A stretch of DNA of 62,509 nt from a virus (Duplodnaviria > Caudoviricetes), in the IMG/VR virus record IMGVR_UViG_3300037452_000138, positions 1 through 62,509 of that record; one strand, written 5' to 3'. Below, one piece after another: positions 8,681 through 16,646 of the stretch. The notes under the pieces are model-generated. The model ran no database searches. It had not been told where the DNA came from and saw only the letters and a program-made list of their open reading frames with translations. Position 1 is the first letter of the stretch; every line of letters begins with the position of its first letter. Both the position numbers and the translations under genes were made by a program.

Positions 8681-10378
8681 ATGGCCGACACGCAGCCGCA
8701 GGACACCGGGCAGTCGTCACCCGCGATCGCCGATCTGGCGGGCAGCGACGACAAGTCGATGTCCGGACTGGTGTCGAGCCTGACCGAGTTGCAGCGCAAG
8801 AAGGTCGGAAGCGATACCAAGCTCGAGGGCGAGTTCAACGTCGAGTCCGCGCAGGATCGCGCCCGCCGCGAACAGGCGTTCAAGGCGGAAGGTGTGGCGG
8901 CGTCCGAGATGCCGAAGGCATGGGACGCCGACAAGGAGCACAAGAAGTGGGAGACCAACCCGATCGAGGGGTTCGGGTCGGCCGGCGGCCTGTTCGCGAT
9001 GGTGGCGTCGGCCTTCACCAAGGCCCCGATGGAGAACGCCATCAACGGCATGGCGGGCGCGATCAACTCGATCAAGGAAGGCAACGAGGCTGGTTACACG
9101 CGGGCTTACGATGCGTTCAAGGAGAACGTGAAGCTGGCCGACCAGCGTTTCAAGACCCAGCACGAGCTTTACAACGACGCGCTGTCGCTCGGCACCGCCG
9201 ACATGGCGGCCTCGCAGGCCAAATTTCGCAACGCGGCAACCAAGTTCGGCGACAGCCAGATGCTGATGCTGGCCGAGCACGGCATGATCAAGGAAATCTA
9301 CGAGCTTCAGTCGGCGCGGGCGACAGCCAATGAGCAGATGATGAAGGCTGCCGACGCCATTGACCTGCATACCGTGCAAAAGGCCGCCGTCAACGCGATC
9401 AAGGCCAACCCGCCGGCGACCGGCGACCCCGTGCAGGACAAGATGATGCTGGCCGCGCAAATCCAGCGGGTGTACGACGCCAACGGCAAGTATGGCACCG
9501 CCGAGCAGGAGGCGGTCGGCCGGTACATGCAGGCCAATATGCAAAAGAGCCCGCAGGAGATCGCCGACGGGCTGGCCGAGATACACCAGAAATTCAGCGT
9601 CAAGGCGCCGAACATCCAGGGCTATCAGGAGGCACGCCAGGCTTACATGGATGCCCATGACGGTGCGATCCCGCCGGACGAGGATGCAAAATTGCTGCAG
9701 CAGTTCGGGCTGACCTACCGGCCGCCGGGGGCCACCGGCTCGGGCGGCGGGGCCTCGCTGACCAACGAGCGCGTCATCAACCGCGATGCCGAGGCGCACA
9801 AGCAGCAGATGGCCAAGGAGCATCCGGACTGGGACGAGGCCAAGCTGGAAGCCGACCGCGACAAGTATGTCAAGGAGCGCAAGATCGCGACCACCGCACC
9901 GACGGCAACCAATCTCGACACGATCCGCGGCAAGCAGGACCGCATCACCAACATGGATCACACCATCGACGAGGTCGAGGCGCTGCTGAAGAAGCACAAT
10001 GCGCTGACCGGTCTGGGTGGCAAGATCACCCGTCCGGCGGAAGTCGTCGGCAACATCTTCGGATCGAACGAGACCGACCGCAAGCAGTTCGAGCGTTACG
10101 TGGCAGAGTTGCAGGAGTGGGCACCGGCGGCTTTGAACGATCGCAACGGGCGTCCGCTGTCGTCGGAAGCGTCGAAAATCCAGACCATCATCGCAGGGCT
10201 TAACCTTGGAGACACGACCGCCAATACCGCTCGCGCCTATGCCGAGTTGCGCCCGCTTCTCAAGACGATCAAACAGCAGCTGGAGGCGCGCGGTGCGGGC
10301 GGGTCATCGCCGCCACCCGCGAAGTCGGAAGATACCGGCAAGGATGCCCCGTGGCTCCGGGATCCGGTGAAGCCGTGA
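8681..10378 (+). CDS. Putative internal virion / ejection protein 2
   Basis: 565 aa, helical, Cys-free, middle of three large genes. Confidence 0.6.
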   Translation: MADTQPQDTGQSSPAIADLAGSDDKSMSGLVSSLTELQRKKVGSDTKLEGEFNVESAQDRARREQAFKAEGVAASEMPKAWDADKEHKKWETNPIEGFGSAGGLFAMVASAFTKAPMENAINGMAGAINSIKEGNEAGYTRAYDAFKENVKLADQRFKTQHELYNDALSLGTADMAASQAKFRNAATKFGDSQMLMLAEHGMIKEIYELQSARATANEQMMKAADAIDLHTVQKAAVNAIKANPPATGDPVQDKMMLAAQIQRVYDANGKYGTAEQEAVGRYMQANMQKSPQEIADGLAEIHQKFSVKAPNIQGYQEARQAYMDAHDGAIPPDEDAKLLQQFGLTYRPPGATGSGGGASLTNERVINRDAEAHKQQMAKEHPDWDEAKLEADRDKYVKERKIATTAPTATNLDTIRGKQDRITNMDHTIDEVEALLKKHNALTGLGGKITRPAEVVGNIFGSNETDRKQFERYVAELQEWAPAALNDRNGRPLSSEASKIQTIIAGLNLGDTTANTARAYAELRPLLKTIKQQLEARGAGGSSPPPAKSEDTGKDAPWLRDPVKP

Positions 10379-13300
10379 GTGAATTAGGGCTCGACACCGA
10401 AAGCATGGCGTCCGGCGATCCCGGCGGTGGAGCCGCGCTCGATCTTGGCGAGCAGACCCTCGAAAGCAAGAACTATCCGAAGGTCGCGAATGAGAACGAT
10501 TGGCGGGCGTTGCCGCATGGAGCGACCTACCTTGATCCCGAAGGCAAGCAGCGCTTCAAGCCTATTCGCAATAAGGACGATTATCTCGGACTTCCGGAAG
10601 GGGCGGAATACGCCGATCCGGAAGGCAATGTTCGGACAAAGCCGAAATACGAGGGCATCGACTTCACCCCGCAGGCCTTGTTCGACATGGCGCATTCCGA
10701 CAAGGGGCGGAAGAAGGCGCTTGAAAAATACTACCCCGGCAAGGTCCGCGACGACCCGCAAGGCGGGTTTTTTATCGAGGACGACGGCGGCAAGCTGCGC
10801 AAGCCAGGCCGTGGAGCAAGTTCTGTCGGCGGCTTCCTCGCTTCGGAAACTGCTCCCTCCATACTGGCCGGTCTCGGCTCAATGGCGGGCGGGGCGGCGG
10901 GCACGGCCGTTGCTCCCGGCGTGGGCACGGCCGCAGGAGGCGCTGGGGGTGCAGCCCTTGGCGGCTATGTCGGATCGAAATTCAACGACACGATCTCGCA
11001 ACTGGCGGGTGTTTATGACGACGAGGGCGCCGATACGGCGGCAATGACCAGTGCCGCGTTTTCTGCTGTCGGTGATGTCGGTGGCCGGGCGCTGTCGGCA
11101 ATCCCGGCGGTTGCGAAAGGAACCGGGCAGCTGGCTGCTCGCGGCGCGGCAAAAACCGCCAACAAATTCCTCGGTACCGATCAGGAAGCACTGGAAACCG
11201 CGGTCCCGATCGCCGAGGCCGGGGAACAGCCGGGTAAAGGACCGCTAGGCTTATCCAAGGCTGGCACCGAGGTGTCGCCATCGGCGATTTTCAAATCGTC
11301 ACCGCATTTGACCAACGTCGCCGAAATCCTCGCGCAGAAATTCGACTCGTCCGACACCTATCTGATGCACGCCGAACGCTTCATGGATCAACGGGCCAAG
11401 GATATCCTCGCGCACAAGGATATCGGTGCCATCGTCGAAAGCATCGTCCATCCCAAAGCGGCGGTGCCGACGGAGGAAACCGGCTGGCTTCTCAAACGGT
11501 CGGCGGAAGCCAAGGCGGTGCAGCAGTCGGCCGAGCACGACCGCGCGCTGGCCGACGCGCTGGCAAACCGCAAGGCTGCCGTCGAAGACAAGTACAAGCC
11601 GGATATCGAGAAGTACCGTCAGCGCAACGAGAGCGTCGTGGTCACCGCCGAGCAGGCAAAAAAATCCGCCGATGAACTGGTACAGCAGGGGTTCAAGGAC
11701 ATCGAGAAACAGGCCGATGACGCCTTCAAGGTTGCCAAGGTCGGGCATAACAGCGGTGACCTCTGGCGCACGGTAGCGGAGAGTTTTGTCAAGCTGCGGC
11801 GCTCGATCGGCATGCGGGCCGAGAAAATGTACGGCGATGCCGAGACCGCGTCAGGAGGGTTGGTACCACAGGGTTCGAACGGCTTGTCTCGTCCCGCCGA
11901 GCAACTGCTTTCCGAGTTGCCCGAGGGCTTCGAGTCGCTGCACCCGTCGATAGTTAAAAAACTGCGCGACATGGCGGGCGTAAAAGACCCGAAGACTGGT
12001 GAGTGGGTCAAGGAGCCCGCCGATGCGTCGTGGGTGCAACTGCACAACCTGCGCACTCAGATCAGGCAGGACATCAAGTGGAATGACCTGACCTCGGACG
12101 TACGCAACGGCACCCTTAAATTCCTTGATGGCAAGATCAACGAAGTACTGCATCCTATCGAGGACTCGGCGGCGCCGGAGATCAAGGAAGCCTCGCGACT
12201 TTTGAAGCTGGCCGATGGTTTTTACCGCGAAAACATGGGTCCGCTGAATGACCGTCAATTGCGGACGCTGGTAAAGGCGCTTGAGACCGGCGGCGTGCAG
12301 GCCGATCCCAAGGCGCTGCTGAAGGTAGCGATCAGGGACGGCAAGACCGAGACGGCCAACGTCATTAAGAAAACGGTCGGCCCGCAGGTGTGGGACGCCA
12401 TGCGCGCGGCTGACGTCAAGGAGATGCTGGCGCAGTCGCAACAGATCGGCACCAAGGCATACGACGGTGTCGCGTTCGCCAAGCAGATACTCGACCGCAA
12501 GAAGAACGGCGTGCTCGACGTGCTGCACGGCGATGCCGGGGCGGCCAGGCTCGAACAGCAGGCGGCTTATGTCGAGAAGCTGCGGGGCAAGCTGGAAATA
12601 GAACCTCGTCCGGGCGATACCGCCAACGATATCATCCTGCGCGCCCGCGCCGCGGCGGCGGATGCGGAGGCAAAGGCGGCGTCCGACCCGCTGAAGGCCA
12701 TGCAAAACGAGATGCGCAAGGTGGAAGCGGCAACCAAGAAGGAATTTGCCGCGCAGCAGGCCGAGCGTACCGCTGCCGACCCGCTGGCGTTCCTCAACAA
12801 CGCTACCGTCGGCGCCCACGCCGCCGTGGACAAGATACTCGGAAATCCCGACCTGATCGTGGCTGCCGCCCGCTCGTTCGCCGGCGGCGAGCAGTCGCCC
12901 GAATTCAAGCTGCTGCGACAGGCGTGGACCGAGCGATTCATGCGCGAGACGCTGGAACCGGGAGAAAAACTGGCGAAGGTGAGCCCCGAAATCCAGGAAC
13001 TGATGTTCCCGGGCGTCACGCTCGATGACATGCACATGCTGGCCAAGGAGATGAAGCTGCTGATGAGCGGGCATACCATGCGCGGCGAGGATACTGCTGG
13101 CGGCATGATGGCGCAGGCGGCGGTTGAACACCCGTTCGGGCAGATAACGGGACTGGGTAAGCTGGCAGGACCGATAAAAATCGCCCCCGGTGCCAATTTC
13201 GCCGCTAGAGCGGGGTTGACCGCTTTTTACAACACGATCCGTGGGGTTTTGACCTCCCCGTCGACTTTGAGATGGCTGCGGAAAGGGCTACAGTCCCGCG

Positions 13301-13431
13301 ACCCCGCGGAGCGTGAGGCAGCTCGCGAGGGGCTGAAGGCCGCGCTACAGCGCGGAGGGGCCATGGGAGCGGCCATGGGACAAGGCGTAGGGGACTGGAT
13401 GGAAGAACCTGGAGCAGGAACATCACAATGA
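10375..13431 (+). CDS. Putative internal virion / ejection protein 3 (about 1018 aa)
   Basis: GTGA overlap; glycine-zipper segment GSMAGGAAGTAVAPGVGTAAGGAGGAALGG; long helical body. Confidence 0.6.
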   Translation: MSELGLDTESMASGDPGGGAALDLGEQTLESKNYPKVANENDWRALPHGATYLDPEGKQRFKPIRNKDDYLGLPEGAEYADPEGNVRTKPKYEGIDFTPQALFDMAHSDKGRKKALEKYYPGKVRDDPQGGFFIEDDGGKLRKPGRGASSVGGFLASETAPSILAGLGSMAGGAAGTAVAPGVGTAAGGAGGAALGGYVGSKFNDTISQLAGVYDDEGADTAAMTSAAFSAVGDVGGRALSAIPAVAKGTGQLAARGAAKTANKFLGTDQEALETAVPIAEAGEQPGKGPLGLSKAGTEVSPSAIFKSSPHLTNVAEILAQKFDSSDTYLMHAERFMDQRAKDILAHKDIGAIVESIVHPKAAVPTEETGWLLKRSAEAKAVQQSAEHDRALADALANRKAAVEDKYKPDIEKYRQRNESVVVTAEQAKKSADELVQQGFKDIEKQADDAFKVAKVGHNSGDLWRTVAESFVKLRRSIGMRAEKMYGDAETASGGLVPQGSNGLSRPAEQLLSELPEGFESLHPSIVKKLRDMAGVKDPKTGEWVKEPADASWVQLHNLRTQIRQDIKWNDLTSDVRNGTLKFLDGKINEVLHPIEDSAAPEIKEASRLLKLADGFYRENMGPLNDRQLRTLVKALETGGVQADPKALLKVAIRDGKTETANVIKKTVGPQVWDAMRAADVKEMLAQSQQIGTKAYDGVAFAKQILDRKKNGVLDVLHGDAGAARLEQQAAYVEKLRGKLEIEPRPGDTANDIILRARAAAADAEAKAASDPLKAMQNEMRKVEAATKKEFAAQQAERTAADPLAFLNNATVGAHAAVDKILGNPDLIVAAARSFAGGEQSPEFKLLRQAWTERFMRETLEPGEKLAKVSPEIQELMFPGVTLDDMHMLAKEMKLLMSGHTMRGEDTAGGMMAQAAVEHPFGQITGLGKLAGPIKIAPGANFAARAGLTAFYNTIRGVLTSPSTLRWLRKGLQSRDPAEREAAREGLKAALQRGGAMGAAMGQGVGDWMEEPGAGTSQ

Positions 13432-13634
13432 TTGAAAGCGAAACACAAACTTTGTTAGCACTAGGCTATACCGCAGAAGGCATAAGCGAAGTCGAAAGAG
13501 TTATGCGGGAAAATGGTGTGAGTGCATTGGTCGCCCACGAACTTATTTCGGCAGCCCCCGCGTATGACGCCGAAAGGGATAAGCACATTCCCGGCATAGG
13601 ACCGTATCTTCCCGAATTTGCCCGAAGGTGCTGA
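13428..13634 (+). CDS. Hypothetical protein (68 aa)
   Basis: ATGA overlap; AT-richer than its neighbours. Confidence 0.5.
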   Translation: MIESETQTLLALGYTAEGISEVERVMRENGVSALVAHELISAAPAYDAERDKHIPGIGPYLPEFARRC

Positions 13635-13850
13635 GTGACCGATTTTACCGACGAGATGGACAAACTGGCGGCCCAGCTCGCTCACGATGCCAATATGTCG
13701 GAAAAGGCGTTCGGTGACCGGCTCGACGCCTTCAAGGCGCTGATGCCCTACTACGCCCTGCTGAAGAAAAATGCGGGCAAGGACGATCCCGAGGACGGCG
13801 ACCTGCCGAATTTCGATAATTTCCGAAGCAATATCCACGCGGTCAAGTGA
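13635..13850 (+). CDS. Hypothetical protein (71 aa)
   Basis: Abuts the upstream stop; high GC3 codons. Confidence 0.65.
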   Translation: MTDFTDEMDKLAAQLAHDANMSEKAFGDRLDAFKALMPYYALLKKNAGKDDPEDGDLPNFDNFRSNIHAVK

Positions 13851-13862
13851 CGGAGTACACCG

Positions 13863-14144
13863 ATGGCACAAACCAATCCGGGGTTCGAAGTGGTCGGCGG
13901 CACCGAGGCCGAGCCGAAGCCGCCCGTCGATAACGGCGTGGCCGTCGCCATGCTCCAGATAGGGCTGAAGGCACTCGGCCAGCGGGCGCTGACCGCGGCA
14001 GCCGACCTGTTCACCCTGATCACCTGCGTCGGTGCCTGGTGGCTGTGGCGCATGACCCCGGATCCCAACCCGCAGCAGATCGTCCACAACTCGATTTTCG
14101 CGTTGTTCGTGCTGGCGGCCAATTACATCGTGAGGCGGAAATGA
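13863..14144 (+). CDS. Small two-TM membrane protein
   Basis: GGAG SD; two hydrophobic segments and a basic RRK end. Confidence 0.7.
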   Translation: MAQTNPGFEVVGGTEAEPKPPVDNGVAVAMLQIGLKALGQRALTAAADLFTLITCVGAWWLWRMTPDPNPQQIVHNSIFALFVLAANYIVRRK

Positions 14145-15532
14145 AGCGATTTATCAAGCGCCTCGCGCTCGGTTTTATCCTCGCACTGCCGTGGATCGGG
14201 GCGGCGTCGGCGCAGCAGGTCAATATGTACTGCGTCGTCAATCCGGCCTCGCCGCCGTACCAGTGGACGCCTTGCCAAACTTCGTCACCATTACCGACGA
14301 CGTCAGTCTCCCTCAACGGCATCGCGCAGGGTGTTTCCGCTCCCGGCGCCGCGGCGCGCGTGGCGCAGGAACCCACACAGCTGTTCTGGGACGATTTCGG
14401 CACCGGCACGCTGGACACCACCGCGAAGTGGACATCGCCCACCACTGGCGGCGGGGGCAACGCAACCGCTGCTTCGAACGCGGTGGGTTTTACCGCACTC
14501 GGTTCGGGCACAACCGCCGGCGGATGGTCGCTTTTATCGTCGCAGTTCTCGTTTCCCGGTAAAAATCCCTCGTGGAATTTTTTCCAGGAGCAAAACAACT
14601 TCGAATTTCCGGTGTTGCTGAATGCCGTCAGGTTCTGGGGTTTTGCTACATTCCCGGCAGCGCCCACCGCTGCCGCCCCCTACGCTGACGCAGTCGGATT
14701 TGAACTCGGCACCGACGGGCATCTTCGCGCGGTGATGTCGGCCAGTGCGGGCTCGCTGGCCGCCGGCACCAAGACGGTCATCGCCGACTTGTCCGTCGCT
14801 TGTCTATCGGCAAACCCCTATGGCGGGCCGCTGGGCACGGGCACGACGACCTCGGGCTGCGCGTCCGGTTTGATCGGTAAAGTGGCCCAGCCGCAGGATA
14901 ATGGCGTCCACAAGTACATCATCTATTTCCGCGGCGACAACACTTACTGGGCGATCGACGGCATCGACAACATCGTCGCGTTCACCATCACCGGCGCTCC
15001 CGGACCGAACGTCAACACGCTGCCCGTCGCCCATGCGGCGATCGCCAATACCGGCACCGGACCTACCGGCACCGCACTTCTGACTGTTAACCAGACGACG
15101 GTTGGCGACACCGGGCGCAACGAGATCAGGATATGCGACCCGACCAACCCGTGGAGGTGTGCTGCCGTCAGTTCGGGCGGCGCATTGTCGGTCTCGGCGG
15201 TAACGACCGCCAACACGGCAGCCTCGGCGCTTGCCGCCAACCTCGTGGTCAACAACGCGGCTTCCAGCCTGTATTCATTCAACGTGTCGGCGGATTCCAC
15301 GCTGTCGGCCGCCGCGTGGTGGATCATGGTCTACAACGCCACGACGCCTCCCGTGGACGGCGCGGTCACGCCTGCGCGCTGCTACGCCATGGCTTCGGGC
15401 AGCACGAGCTTTTCCGCGGCATTTCCCACCGGGCTTCCTTTCGGTACCGGCATCGTTATCGGCGTCAGCACCACCGGCTGCTTTACCAAGACCGCTTCGA
15501 CCCACGCCTTTATCGCGGGGGATTTCAAATGA
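14141..15532 (+). CDS. Fibre/spike-like protein 1 with Sec signal peptide
   Basis: MKRFIKRLALGFILALPWIGAASA-QQ; lectin-like beta domain; 8 Cys. Confidence 0.75.
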   Translation: MKRFIKRLALGFILALPWIGAASAQQVNMYCVVNPASPPYQWTPCQTSSPLPTTSVSLNGIAQGVSAPGAAARVAQEPTQLFWDDFGTGTLDTTAKWTSPTTGGGGNATAASNAVGFTALGSGTTAGGWSLLSSQFSFPGKNPSWNFFQEQNNFEFPVLLNAVRFWGFATFPAAPTAAAPYADAVGFELGTDGHLRAVMSASAGSLAAGTKTVIADLSVACLSANPYGGPLGTGTTTSGCASGLIGKVAQPQDNGVHKYIIYFRGDNTYWAIDGIDNIVAFTITGAPGPNVNTLPVAHAAIANTGTGPTGTALLTVNQTTVGDTGRNEIRICDPTNPWRCAAVSSGGALSVSAVTTANTAASALAANLVVNNAASSLYSFNVSADSTLSAAAWWIMVYNATTPPVDGAVTPARCYAMASGSTSFSAAFPTGLPFGTGIVIGVSTTGCFTKTASTHAFIAGDFK

Positions 15533-16644
15533 TCCGGTTGATCACGGGCCTGCTGCTTCTTTTTGCGGGTGCGGCTGAAGCGCAGCAGGGGCAGGCGGTC
15601 GGACCCACTGCGCCCTGTTCGGCCTTCGGTACGGCGAGCGGCACCTGCGCGCAGGGTAATGACATCCGATTCGGTGTCATCACCGCGCAAGGTCGCCTGA
15701 CCCTGACCGCCAACACCCCGGTGATGACGGCGACGGCCTCCGCGCAAACCACCCTGCGATACGACTGCTACCTCGGCAACACCGTGCCCTACTTCAACGG
15801 CACGGTCGACACGCTCGACACCGTTGCATCGTGCGAGGTCACCGATGCGATGGTGTCGGCAGCCAGTGCGGGGCAAGTGGTCAACAACAACGTGTACGAC
15901 GTATGGTGGGTTACCGGCGGTGCGAATAAAATCTGCCTGGCCATGTCGGCAGCGGTTGGCGGCGGTGGTGGCTGGTCTGCCGATACCGGCGGTTCAAATA
16001 CGGTACGCGGCACCGGCTACACGCAGCTGGATCGTATAACCCGGCCTTACATCACCAATAAAAACTCGATTACCAACTGCTTCAACGGAGCCACTAACTA
16101 CGGTCCGGTAAGCGCTAATCAAGGCACTTACCTCGGGACGGTTTATGCCAGTGCTAACGGGCAGATCAGCTGGACACTGGGAGCTTCGGCATCAGGCGGC
16201 ACCGCTGCCGTGCTCGGTGTTTGGAATATGTACAACCGCGTGAATGTTTTTACGTCCGTAACCGATAGTGGAGCTGCCTATACCTACACCACGGCGACCA
16301 TACGGCAGGCGCGGGCCAGTGCGGGCAATCAGGTGACCTGTGTTACCGGACTGCAAGAAGATGCTTTTACCGCAACATATCAGGTCAATAACCATCCCGT
16401 GGCAGCTATCGCCGCAAATATGAAAATCGGCGTAGGGCTAGATACAACTTCCGCTTTTACGTCGCCATTTTGGACAACTACCTCAATGGCGGCTAATTCG
16501 GAAGCTGAAGGAGCCATGGCTTTTTTAACTTCAACTGCCATTGGATTGCATGTCATTTCCGCCAATGAAAACGGAGATGGTGTAAACGCTAACACCTTCG
16601 ACAACGACTCGCTGAACACTTTCAGCGTGAACCTGAGAATGTGA
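15529..16644 (+). CDS. Fibre/receptor-binding-like protein 2 with Sec signal peptide
   Basis: MIRLITGLLLLFAGAAEA-QQ; paralogous to the C-terminal half of the next gene; 7 Cys. Confidence 0.75.
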   Translation: MIRLITGLLLLFAGAAEAQQGQAVGPTAPCSAFGTASGTCAQGNDIRFGVITAQGRLTLTANTPVMTATASAQTTLRYDCYLGNTVPYFNGTVDTLDTVASCEVTDAMVSAASAGQVVNNNVYDVWWVTGGANKICLAMSAAVGGGGGWSADTGGSNTVRGTGYTQLDRITRPYITNKNSITNCFNGATNYGPVSANQGTYLGTVYASANGQISWTLGASASGGTAAVLGVWNMYNRVNVFTSVTDSGAAYTYTTATIRQARASAGNQVTCVTGLQEDAFTATYQVNNHPVAAIAANMKIGVGLDTTSAFTSPFWTTTSMAANSEAEGAMAFLTSTAIGLHVISANENGDGVNANTFDNDSLNTFSVNLRM

Positions 16645-16646
16645 CG

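Noticed and set aside
8717-13131. Long antisense ORFs (8717-9997, 11851-13131; also 3601-4746, 34953-35873, 53420-54274)
   Set aside because: Shadow frames of high-GC3 genes, without SDs or recognisable motifs.
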